Source of the DNA: Octopus sinensis | Lineage: Eukaryota | Assembly: GCF_006345805.1 (NCBI RefSeq) | Contig: NW_021832487.1 | Location: 1-30,649, forward strand | Reading direction: 5' to 3' | Length of the DNA: 30,649 nt | In this document: positions 1 through 11,530 of the stretch, piece after piece | How positions within the stretch are numbered: the first letter of the stretch is position 1 | Layout of the letters: every line of letters starts with the position of its first letter | Program-made: the position numbers and the translations under genes | The notes under the pieces: model-generated | Seen by the model: the letters and a program-made list of their open reading frames with translations, nothing else | Databases searched by the model: none | What the model was told of the DNA's origin: nothing

Positions 1-135
1 CACTGCCTTAGGATTGACAGTCAATCTCAAGAAAACTGTTGTCATGCATCAACCTGCCTCTGGTAAGCAGTATAATGTACCAAATATCTATGTGTATGGT
101 AAACGACTTGATGTAGTTGATCGGTTTGTCTACAT

Positions 136-366
136 GGCGGCGAGCTGGCAGAAACGTTAGCACGTCGGACGGATTGCGTAGCCGTATTTCGTCTGCCGTT
201 ACGTTCTGAGTTCAAATTCCGCCGAGGTCGACTTTTCCTTTCATCCTTTCGGGGTCGATTAATTAAGTACCAGTTACGCACTGGGGTCGATGTAATCGAC
301 TTAATACCTACGTCTGTCCTTGTTTGTCCCCTCTGTGTTTAGCCCCTTGTGGGTAATAAAGAAATA
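136..366 (+). mobile_element. tRNA-derived SINE inserted into the RTE, with target-site duplication
   Basis: A-box-like TGGCAGAAACGTTAG (146-160), B-box-like GAGTTCAAATTCC (208-220), central TTTCATCCTTTCGGGGTCGAT..AAGTACCAG block. Flanked by an exact GGTTTGTCTACATGG duplication at 123-137 and 367-381; the last GG may belong to the SINE start. Confidence 0.9.
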
Positions 367-377
367 GGTTTGTCTAC

Positions 378-1345
378 ATGGGAAGCACTATTAATAGATA
401 TAGCAATTTGGATGATGAAATTCCATATAGAATTAGGAAAGCAAGTGTTGCTTTCGGAAGGCTAGAAAAGCGCCTCTGGAGTCGGCGAGACATATGCAGA
501 AAGACAAAGATAAAGGTGTACAAGGCATGTGTGCTCTCTTCTCTTCTCTATGCCTGCGAGACGTGGGTCACATATCGATACCACCTTAAACAACTGGAAC
601 GTTCCCATCAGATGTGTCTCAGACGGAACTATGGCATTAAGTGGAAGGACTGCATCAGTGATCTTGAAATATTGGAAGGCTCTCAGTGTGAAAGTATAGA
701 AGCTCTTGTGTTAAAGCAAAGGCTCAGATGGAGTGGTCATCTGGTCAAGATGAAGGATTCAAGGATGCCAAAACAACTCTTTATGGAGAGTTAGCTAAAG
801 GAGAACGACCTCCACATAAACCAAAAAAGAGGTATAAGGCTTCCTTAAGAGATGCTTGCATCTCTCCTGACACATGGGAAGGCATAGCTATTGATCGTAG
901 CAGGTGGAGAAGGACTGTGCATGAAGGGACAGCCACTTTTGAGAAATCTCGAGTTGCATATGAGAAAGTAAGGAGGGATGTCAGGAAGGGCATCGCTGTT
1001 ACACTTCCAGATGGGAAGGGTCTTCCTATGATGCTGACATGCAGTGTCTGTGCAAGACCCTGCCTCAGTAAAGCTGGACTCATGAGTCATCTTCGTAGTC
1101 ATAAAGCAAGACAGATGAGTGACAACATGGCCACTGGTGGTGGTGTAGCACACCATACTAATCATATGTGTCGGGCATGTGGAAGAGAGTGTAATTCGGC
1201 AGGAGGACTTAAACGACATGCAAAGGTACATGAAGCCCAGTTACAACTACAGCCGGCTATTACCGGTAAAGGTTTTAGTTGCCAATTTTGTACAAGATAT
1301 TGTAGATCTTTAGCTGGGCTAAAAGTCTCATTCGATCACAGCACC
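378..1345 (+). pseudogene. RTE ORF C-terminal portion with frameshifts and three C2H2 zinc fingers
   Basis: ORFs 378..794 and 728..1384 join by a frameshift. CSVC-x12-HLRSH at 1040-1102, CRAC-x12-HAKVH at 1169-1231, and a third finger CQFC...AGLK from 1280 broken by a frameshift. Confidence 0.85.
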
Positions 1346-1705
1346 AGTAACAGTAAAGCTTCGTGCAATGGCCATAATCGATAACGAGGGGGCAGCAATA
1401 ATATAAACACACACAGACACACACACGCAAATACTATAAAAAAGAAAACGCGATTGCCATCACCGAATCGCCTTTCACCGTAGGAATGTTTCTTCAGTGC
1501 AGATCTGGGTTTATGCAAAAACAACAACAACAACAACAACAGCAAACTTTAGCACAGATTTTCACTGATACTTCTTCCAATTATTATGCATTCTTTATGA
1601 GCCTACATGTCCCAACTTGCTAAAAGGCCACTATGAGAAGTAGAGACGCTAAACTTAAGTATTCATACACAAAGAATTGACGGCGGAATCAGCGGCTATA
1701 CTTAT

Positions 1706-1757
1706 ATGCACGTGCATGCCTGCGTGTGTGCGCTCGTCTATGTGTATGTATATATGA

Positions 1758-1790
<33 letters not shown>

Positions 1791-1794
1791 TATA

Positions 1795-1874
<80 letters not shown>

Positions 1875-1952
1875 ATATCTCTCTCAATATAAATATAAGT
1901 GTTTATATATATGTATGTATTATGTATGTATTATCTATATATCTATACATAC

Positions 1953-1993
<41 letters not shown>

Positions 1994-2541
1994 AGCTGAG
2001 TCGTTTTAAGCGGTGTTTCTTGAATACTATATTAAGGGTGAGCTATTATTGACAAACCATTTTGATATATGAATAATTGAGTTAAGACTAATGTGAAATC
2101 ACATTCAGAGCAATTACAGCATGTGCTTTTACAAGATGTATGAGATTTATGGGTGTATAAACACACAACACACACACACATACACACATACATACACACA
2201 CACACACGCACATACATTAGATACATACATACGTACATATAGGTATATATATAATGTGAGAGATATTTTTTTTCATATCGTAGCCAAGAGAGGTAATGCG
2301 GTGCGCAAGCTTGTGCGTGTGTATATATGAGTGTATGTGTGCATACATATATAATTTTATCTAATGTGAATATGAATAAGAATATGTACAATCATATTTC
2401 TATATCGTTTGATAATAATTAAGAAACAATTATATTAAGAAAAATGGATCGTAATCTATATCAAAATATGTGTGTGTGCATATACATCTACGTGCATATG
2501 CATGTATGTATGTATGTGTATGTATGTATGTATGTATGTGT

Positions 2542-2590
<49 letters not shown>

Positions 2591-2798
2591 CCATTACTAA
2601 ATATCGCTATCCATATCTATTTATCAGTATTTATCTCCCCACCAAAAATTTACCTCCCTGCTTCACACTCAAACTAGCTGAAACCCACGCATGCAAATTA
2701 CACACACCTACATGCATATATATAATATATATGAAGTGGATGTGTTGTGTGTGTTGTGTGTATGTATATGTATATTATATAATATATATATACAATTT

Positions 2799-2849
<51 letters not shown>

Positions 2850-3064
2850 AATGTATATGTATGTATATATATACATATACATATATCGTGTATATATATT
2901 ATATGAATATATATATATGTAATATAAAAATATTATATATGTATGCATATATGTATATACACACACATATATATATATAGATATATATAATACACATGTA
3001 TATACATACATATATATTTGAATGTACATACACACACAACACAAATATATATATATATTATATA

Positions 3065-3102
<38 letters not shown>

Positions 3103-3120
3103 TTATATACATATTGTGAA
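1706..3120. repeat. Compound (TA)n/(CA)n/(TG)n/(TATG)n microsatellite field
   Basis: Long dinucleotide and tetranucleotide runs read directly from the sequence. Confidence 0.95.
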
Positions 3121-3564
3121 TAATCAGTAAATTTGTATGCGGTTGTGAAATAGATTCAAAGAGAAGAGAAAAGAAAGAGAGAAAGAAAGAAAAAAAGGAA
3201 AGAAAGAAGGAAAGAAAGAAATGAAGAAAGAAAGAAAAGAAGAGTGAGTAACGATGTATATTTAATATAAAGACTGAGTAGGATAAAAGAATAAGAAAGA
3301 GACTAATAGGGAGCGAAAGATGGAGACAGACATCTTGTGTTTGAATATATGAAGAGAATCGCCATGAAGACGGAGATTTGTGTGACTGGAGGCGAATGAG
3401 AAGAGGGAATTAAAGCTGCAAAGATCGTTATGTAAAATGCCTAAATTATTAGTGACACATCTCTGCTAGTTTGATTATTCCTTAATTCTATAATCTGAGA
3501 TTATGGGTGAGAAATGTATGGAAATATTGGAATATTGAAGATTTTGTTTGTGAAGAAAAGAGAC

Positions 3565-3567
<3 letters not shown>

Positions 3568-3607
<40 letters not shown>

Positions 3608-3981
3608 GGGTGAGAGAAAGAAAGAGAAGGAATGAGAAAGAAGAAGGGGGCGCGCGCAAGAGGTGTTCGTTACGAAGGAAAACGGGGGATAATGACATTG
3701 AGTTAACGATGCTGATTCAGTTTGTAATGTATCAGAATAAAATAATAATCATAGTAATAATGATGTTGATCATGATGATGATGATAATAGTAAGAAGAAG
3801 AAGTAGAAGAAGAAGAAGAAGAAGAAGAAGAAGAAGAAGAAGAAGAAGAAGAAGAGGTAGAAGGAGAAGAAGAAGAAGAAGAAGAAGAAGAGTGATGATA
3901 CAAATAATGATAATAATAATTATTGTTGTTGTTGATGTTGTGGTTCTCCCTCATCCTTCGCTCTTGTGGCAAATAAATGAA

Positions 3982-4014
<33 letters not shown>

Positions 4015-4353
4015 GTTGTTGTTGTTTTTGTTGTTGTTGTTGTTATAAAATTTATAATAACATTGATGATTATGATGATGTCATGATGGATATGTACGAC
4101 AAGAATAAGAAATATAACAACAATACTAATAAAAGTTTCAAATATAATAACAACAACAGCAACAACAATAATAATAACAATTGCAAAAATAGACAGAATA
4201 TTCATGATGATGATGATGATGATGATAATGATGATGAAAATAATAATAATTAAACAGAATATTTTATTACTATTAAAATAACTATTATTATTGTAAGTTT
4301 GCAGCAGTAGCAACAGTGGCTGCGACAACAGCAGCAGCAATAACAGCAGCAGC

Positions 4354-4408
<55 letters not shown>

Positions 4409-4417
4409 ATAGTAGTA

Positions 4418-4448
<31 letters not shown>

Positions 4449-5128
4449 GAGGAGGAGGAGGAGGAGTAGTAGTAGTAGTAATAGTAGCAGCATTAGTAGT
4501 AGTTGTAGTAGTAGTAGTAGTAATAGTAGTAGTACTAGTGTAGATTTGCTGTTGTTAATCAGTCATTATTATCATGACCACGATGACAACGACGATGATG
4601 ATGATGAGGATGATGATGATTATGACAATGATGATGATGGCGACGACGATGATGACACGACGATGGTGATGACACGATGGTGATGACGATGTTCATGATG
4701 AAGATGATGATGACGATGATAACGGTGACGATGATGATAAAATTGATGATGATTATAGTGGTGGTGGTGGTGGTGATGGTGGTGGTGCTGGTTATGATTC
4801 TGATGAGGATGACGATGGTAAAAAAATGGACGGCGATGACGATGGTGATGGTGATGATTATAACGAAGGTTAAAAGCCTCCCACAAGTATAAAGCAACTC
4901 TTAAGAACGAACATATTAATAGAACAAACTCTGATCGGAGTCATAAGAATTATAATCGTCAAATGCAAATAGAACAGACACAAAAAAGAACAACAAAAAT
5001 TTGAAATAAAATAAAATAAAATAATAAAAACAACTGCAACAAGAAAACTATTAACAGTGATGTATACTATTATTATTATTATTATTCATATTTTACAATT
5101 ATTATTATCATTATTGTTATTATTATTA

Positions 5129-5183
<55 letters not shown>

Positions 5184-5223
5184 TATTTTACAATTATTAT
5201 TATCATTATTGTTATTATTATTA

Positions 5224-5281
<58 letters not shown>

Positions 5282-5517
5282 CATTATTATTATTATCAGA
5301 GGGGTTATTTCAATATATTTCGTTATGTATACTTTTTTGTTTTGTTCTTTTTTTTTTGTTGTTTCTTTGTTTTCCTTAAAGAAATGAAAATTGTTTCAGT
5401 TCTATATTTAATTGTTTGTTTTCCTTTTTGCCGTGTCAAGATCATCAAACACGCTCGGAAATATGGATTACTCGAATTATATTGCAGCAGGAGATCATAA
5501 ACACAATATTTTAGCAG

Positions 5518-5548
<31 letters not shown>

Positions 5549-5556
5549 TGATGATG

Positions 5557-5589
<33 letters not shown>

Positions 5590-5615
5590 TAGTAATAATA
5601 ATAATGATGATGATG

Positions 5616-5649
<34 letters not shown>

Positions 5650-5680
5650 TAGTAATATAATAATAATAATAATAATGATG

Positions 5681-5777
<97 letters not shown>

Positions 5778-5874
5778 TAATAATGATAATAATAATAATA
5801 ATGATAATAATAATAATATGATAATAATAATAATAATTATAATGAGAAGAAGAAGAAGAAGAAGAAGAAAAATG

Positions 5875-5911
<37 letters not shown>

Positions 5912-5934
5912 TAATAATAATGATAATAATAATG

Positions 5935-5973
<39 letters not shown>

Positions 5974-6027
5974 GTAGTTGTAGTAATAATAATAATAATA
6001 ATAATATAATAATAATAATAATAATAA

Positions 6028-6072
<45 letters not shown>

Positions 6073-6147
6073 GTAGTTGTAGTAATAATAATAATAATAA
6101 TAATAATAATGATAATAATAATGATAATAATAATGATAATAATAATG

Positions 6148-6180
<33 letters not shown>

Positions 6181-6195
6181 TAATAATAATAATAA
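3568..6195. repeat. Compound microsatellite field: (GA)n, (AAG)n, (ATT)n, (GTT)n, (GAT)n, (TAG)n, (GGT)n, (AAT)n
   Basis: Successive di- and trinucleotide runs; these generate the homopolymeric ORFs in the ORF track. Confidence 0.95.
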
Positions 6196-6825
6196 AGTAC
6201 CAGGCAGTGGCTCTCATGGAGTACCAGGCAGTGGCTCTCATGGCTTCTGATCTTAACTGATTGGAAGTGTTATCATGTACATTGTTTTGTCTTGGTATAA
6301 AAGATGGGCTACAGCAAATATTCTGCTCAATACCACAGATTTGCTTGTCAGTTGTTTGACCTTAACCAGTTGAGCATGTCCCTTAGTGGCTGACGATATG
6401 TGCATCTCTGATCACGAGCAGAAGTAGTGGGGGAGCATCATAGCCATGTGTTGAGAGGGATTCTTTGGGGTTTGAATAATTCACCTCTGGAAACATGGGT
6501 GTTTCTTTCAACATCCTTAAACAACCCTTATTCAGGGACCTTTTGAGCGGGATGGGCTACTCAACCTGAAGAAAATTCTAACTGGGCCCCACCTGCAAGG
6601 TCATGTGCTGTTTATCTTGATAAGAGATCACCATGTCGCGCACATATGGTTGTGATGCATGTGCCTGGTGTACCTTTATCAGACGGGTAGTCATGATGGG
6701 TATATTGGGCTTCGTATATTTTACCCCGGTGTCACTTTGATGGCATGCACTGCTCTCTCACTCAATAATAATAATAATAATAGTAATAATAATAATAATA
6801 ATATTAATAATAATAATAATAATAA

Positions 6826-6828
<3 letters not shown>
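6196..6828 (+). mobile_element. 5'-truncated retroposon 3' end (non-coding LINE 3' UTR or SINE) with (AAT)n tail
   Basis: About 570 bp of complex sequence ending ...CTCTCTCACTC followed by (AAT)n at 6764-6828. Exact 24-bp tandem duplication at its 5' edge (6196-6219 and 6220-6243). Resembles, from memory, an abundant octopus repeat. Confidence 0.6.
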
Positions 6829-6856
<28 letters not shown>

Positions 6857-6960
6857 AAGAAGAAGAAAAATGATGATGACGACGACGACGACGATGACGA
6901 CGACGACAATGTTGATGGTGGTGGTGGTGGTGGTGCGGGGGTGATGATGATGATGATAGT
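6829..6960. repeat. Compound triplet run (AAG)n-(GAC/GAT)n-(GGT)n-(GAT)n
   Basis: Read directly; continues from the (AAT)n tail. Confidence 0.9.
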
Positions 6961-7490
6961 GACTAGCAACAACAAGAACAACACCAACATCACGGATACA
7001 GTTAACAAGAGCTGTAATAACATTCACAATACGAAAGATATCTCAAACACAAGTTGTGCATAATTAAATCTGGTCTTAATGGAAATATTGTGAAAAATTA
7101 TGCGGAAAAACAACAAGAAAAAAGAAATGACTCTTCGAAAGAGAACAGATGAATAAATAAATATAAATATAACCCCCCACCCCCCACCCCTGGAAGAAAA
7201 TTTAAAAAATATATGAAAATGACATAAATCAGGTGAATGGAGTATCATGTAGGATTTTGATGTTTGTGTATATGTGTGTGTGTATGTGAGAGAGTGAGAG
7301 AGTGAGTGAGTGAGTGTGTGATTTGTATCAAATGTGAGATTCGACACTGGGTTTCACGCTTAGCAAGGCTGTTCATTTTTCTGAAGCTGTGGAACTCAGC
7401 GCAGGGTCGAAACCTTGGTGACTCTGAGATACCTGCTGACGATACAGAAGGCTTATTACAAAGTGTTATATATATATATATATATATATA

Positions 7491-7810
7491 GGTGCAGGAG
7501 TGGCTGTGTGGTAAGAAGCTTGCTTATCAACCACAAGATTCTGGGTTCGTGGCAACTTGTGAGTGGTTTTGGTAGATGGAAACAGAAAGAAGCCCATGTA
7601 TGTATGTATATGTTTGTGTGTCTTTGTTTGTCCCCCAACATCGCTTGACAACCGACGCTGGTGTGTTTACGTCCCCATAACTTAGCGGTTCGGCAAAAGA
7701 GACCGATAGAATAAGTACTAAGCTTTCAAAGAATAAGTACTGGGATCAATTTGCTCGACTAAAGACAGTGCTCCAGCATGGCCGCAGTCAAATGACTGAA
7801 ACAATAAAAA
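7491..7810 (+). mobile_element. tRNA-derived SINE (GGTGCAGGAGTGGCTGTGTGGTAAG family), internally deleted
   Basis: Same head as the copies at 14172-14323, 21250-21580 and 29201-29349. Internal (TATG)n; 3' tail GTGCTCCAGCATGGCCGCAGTCAAATGACTGAAAC plus an A-rich end. Confidence 0.88.
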
Positions 7811-7840
7811 CATATATATATATATATAAGATATTATTAC

Positions 7841-8130
7841 AGATAGAAACACCCACAACTTCATCAACTATATAGTGATATATGAGGATTAGTTATATTT
7901 ATAAATGTGGGGGAAATAGACCTGACGATTGGGAGTGCGTAAACATAATGAGTTTTGGAATGAGACTTTGTGTCTTAACAATACCATACGTACCCTCATG
8001 AAACACGTGTAGTCCGTAATACGAAAATTTGGGGATCATGAATATAAATAGTAAGTATAATATTTAATATTTTATGGCTTGGTTGAGTTAATATCGTTTG
8101 GAGTTGATGAAGTTGTGGGTGTTTCTATCT
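7841..8130. repeat. Perfect 29-bp inverted repeat (7841-7869 and 8102-8130) enclosing a hammerhead motif
   Basis: AGATAGAAACACCCACAACTTCATCAACT and its exact reverse complement, 232 bp apart. Confidence 0.9.
7919..8014 (+). ncRNA. Type I hammerhead ribozyme motif with enlarged stem II
   Basis: Stem I GAC/GTC; CTGACGA at 7922-7928; stem II TGGGAGTGCGTA/TACGTACCCTCA (one mismatch, two G-U pairs) with a long loop; GAAA at 8000-8003; palindromic stem III ACACGTGT; GUA cleavage triplet at 8009-8011. Confidence 0.7.
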
Positions 8131-8435
8131 CTCACAATATTTTGATATATATGAATTAATTATTGAGAGTAATTCAATTTAATATTTTTGATTTGAATGT
8201 CTCATTCGTGTAGCACTGGAATTGATATTCCCTAATTATTATAATGTATATGAGGATGAGAGGTGAGTTAACACCTTATGCCTTTCTTTTTCTTGCGTTA
8301 CTCCTGATGGCCAGATGAATATTAAATAAAAACAACAACATCGAACGACATTAGGCCAAGGTAATAATGTTTAACGTTTGTAACATATATATATATATAG
8401 AAAATGTAAACGACGAGTAACTGTAATATTTTGTC

Positions 8436-8670
8436 CAAGAGAAACTTATTCTTATGAGAATTTGAGTGTTAAAAACACAGACCCCGGTCACGGTAATTTC
8501 GGCGGATCGTCAGCCACCAGTGTTTCGAATAATTTTGGTCTCTTCCATCACGAATTTCCCAGATATTCCAGGAAAGGGGAAATATTCGTTCAGTTGTAGA
8601 ACTCTGCTAACAAAACATACTCTGATTTGTGCGAAAGATGACCATGGTCAAATTAAATCAATATACTGAC
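8436..8670 (-). pseudogene. Degenerate Penelope-like GIY-YIG endonuclease C-terminal remnant
   Basis: One minus-strand frame reads LSWNIWEIRDGRDQNYSKHW...*HSNSHKNKFLL, matching the PLE pattern LSxYIWELK...RHxNKFLL as I recall it. QYIDLI at 8668-8651 may be the decayed YIG motif. Confidence 0.5.
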
Positions 8671-9121
8671 TTGAAATAGCATTAGTTTGAAATAATGTGT
8701 ATATTATTTCTCATGTAAATCCAAATACAGAACGCTGCTGGCTGGAATATTTTGTGTTACACTACCTCCTTTACAGAGAGTTCGTTCAGAATGACGTCGG
8801 CAGATTGCCAGACACCTATGTTTCAACAAGATTCGCCCTCCTTACAGACGACAGGTTTCTTCAGACCAGCTTTAGCGTAAATGTTTTAGTTACTGAATTC
8901 TACCAAGGAATATTTCCGTTTATGTCAGAAAGTCCAAGGATATTCTCTATTGATAAGAGCAAATCTGGCGTTTTAGGATCTGACCACAAACAAAATCTTT
9001 TCAGATAAGCTTCTTAGTGGCATTGCTCTATGTTTGTATTATAAATTATATGAACATCGTTCTTTTAATCTGCTACCGATTCAAGCGCATATATTATAAT
9101 ACATCACGTGTGATATAATGC

Positions 9122-9438
9122 ATTTTTTTCTAGTTTCAGCTCAGAGCTGCGGCTATGCTGATGCACCGCCGTTTTGTGCTACACTGTTATTACTAAGAGC
9201 CTCCTCTAATATGTGACAATTGGCGAAGAATGGAGTTTGATATAGCTACCCTCATTTGCACATCTTGCAGTGAGATAGGTTCATCTGGGACTCTCCACAG
9301 GAAGAGGTCCAGCTTTGATTTAAAAAACCCTACATCTACTTTGTGCAAATTCCTCAGACTCTTTGGGAGAATATTGAAAAGCTGTGGGCCCTTGAAACCC
9401 AGGCTGTTGCAGTAACTGGTCCTGAAGTGTGATGGCAC
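9122..9438 (-). mobile_element. CR1/Jockey-group LINE 3' end (ORF2 C-terminus, 3' UTR and A tail)
   Basis: [54 protein letters not shown]...RGGS*, then UTR GGCGGTGCATCAGCATAGCCGCAGCTCTGAGCTGAAACTAG and an A7 tail. Confidence 0.8.
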
Positions 9439-9734
9439 GTGTGTACATATATGAATGCATGTGTGTACATATATGTGTGAGAAACGAGTACGCGAGTCCG
9501 TCTTTCTCCCTCCTCTCTCCACTCACACGCACATGCACACACACACACACACATTGTTAGGCGTGTGTGAGTGCGTATACATAGAGATATCGGTATGAGT
9601 GAGTACATTATATACATACAAATATATATACATATATGTATATATATATATATATATGCATGCATATGTATGTGTGCATACATATATGTGTATATATGTA
9701 TATATATATATACATGCCTAGATATATATGTGTG

Positions 9735-9791
<57 letters not shown>

Positions 9792-10492
9792 TATATAGTC
9801 GTATATGTATCTATTTGTAGATGCAGGTGTTTTGCTTCAAAAACATTCTCCGTAAGTCTCATTCGCTTTCCACACACACACACACACATAAACACATTCA
9901 TACACACACACACACACACATAGTATCTCAACAATTACACCAACAACAACAATAACAACACCAACAACAACAACCATCATAAAACTTATATAATTCCAGT
10001 ATTTACCAAAAGAACAGTGTTTACTAATCGATTTGAGAAACGAGAAAATATTTCACCTACAGTAATATCAATGTTTTGTGAGAATAGATATGTGGCTGTG
10101 TGTGTGCATGCGTGGAGTGTGTGTGTTTGTTTTTATGAATATATAATATATATATGGATATCTATATCTATCTATCTATATATATATATATATATATTTA
10201 TATAATATATATATCCAACACACAAATCATTCTTATATATAAGTCAATATATCTAAACATGTGTTCGTATATGCATTTACATATACATACATATATATAC
10301 ACACATATATTATAATAACACCATATATATACATATATATGCACATGTATATACTTATACATTCATATATATATACATATATATGCAGACACATATATAT
10401 ACATATATATATAACATAAATACATATATAGATATATATACATATCTATATATACACATATATACATATATATATATACGTATATGTTCTAC

Positions 10493-10531
<39 letters not shown>

Positions 10532-10938
10532 TACATATATATATACCTATATACATATATAATGTATGTATATATACGAACATACATTATGCATTCATCA
10601 TACACGTACATATATGTGCAAATATACACACATATATATATATATTGTGTGGTGTGTGTGTGTGGTGTGTGTGTGTGTGTGTGTGTGTGTACAAAGAAAC
10701 AAAGGAAATTTTATAAGACTCAATATTTCCTTTACACACGTTATTTGCAATATTTTTTTGTTACACCCTTAATATGGATACGCATTCTTTAATTTGATAT
10801 GTATATACACTTAATATGATAACTCAGAATTAAACACCTACACGAATAACACACCTCACACAAATATATGCATATATACATACATACGCATATACATATA
10901 TTTAATAATAATAATATATATAATATTATATATATATA

Positions 10939-10983
<45 letters not shown>

Positions 10984-11325
10984 GTGGTGTGTGTGTGTGT
11001 GTATGCTTGTGTATGTATGATATATGTGATGGCACACGGTGAGGTTCTGCTTAACTCTTCGAGGCATTTAAGTGTTATGTATATAAGAACGAATATTGAA
11101 TTAGAGCGTGTATAAGGTTTCTAAGCTGCTACAAAAAAATTGTATATCATTCCTATAATTCTATATGAAACACTCTCAGAGAAATACATACGGATAGGCC
11201 TATACAAAGATGCAGGCTTACATAATATATACATATACATACATACACATATATATACATATATATATAGAGATATATATATATATACGTACATATATAT
11301 ACATAAAAATAGATATATATCTATT

Positions 11326-11397
<72 letters not shown>

Positions 11398-11530
11398 CAT
11401 ACATATACAAGCATATACATACATATATGCATACACAAACACATGCTTATGAATAAATGCATTGTGCAAATATCTTATATACACACATATATATATGTAG
11501 ATATATATATTCATAAATAAATACGTATAT
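9439..11530. repeat. Microsatellite-rich field: (TA)n, (CA)n, (TG)n, (GA)n
   Basis: Read directly, with short unique spacers. Confidence 0.9.

Larger units (their letters stand above)
1..1410 (+). mobile_element. RTE-clade non-LTR retrotransposon, 3' part (RT C-terminus plus C2H2 zinc fingers), disrupted
   Basis: Frame from base 2 reads TALGLTVNLKKTVVMHQP...LDVVDRFVYMG and continues after the SINE as MGSTINRY...RIRKASVAFGRL...KVYKACVLSSLLYACETW...QRLRWSGHLVKMKDSRMPKQLF, all RTE RT motifs. A 1-nt slip at ~780 moves it to YGEL...RYK...DRSRWR. It ends in a short 3' UTR at ~1370-1410. The 5' part lies outside the window. Confidence 0.92.

Noticed and set aside
728-1384. Stand-alone host C2H2 zinc-finger gene
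   Set aside because: The frame is the continuation of the RTE RT after a 1-nt slip, and the fingers are followed by a retroelement-type 3' end.
1651-1683. AAACTTAA...AAAGAATTGACGG resembling a conserved SSU rRNA motif
   Set aside because: Split by 12 unrelated bases, with no flanking rRNA similarity.
6390-8513. Other CTGANGA hits (6390-6396, 7436-7442, minus strand 8513-8507; also near 23197 and 25081)
   Set aside because: No correctly placed GAAA with stems I-III, or G at the cleavage position. Hits of this length are expected by chance.
8697-9008. 103-aa complex ORF MYIISHVNPNTERC...
   Set aside because: No recognisable motif. It lies antisense and adjacent to the decayed PLE endonuclease relic and is most simply a chance ORF.
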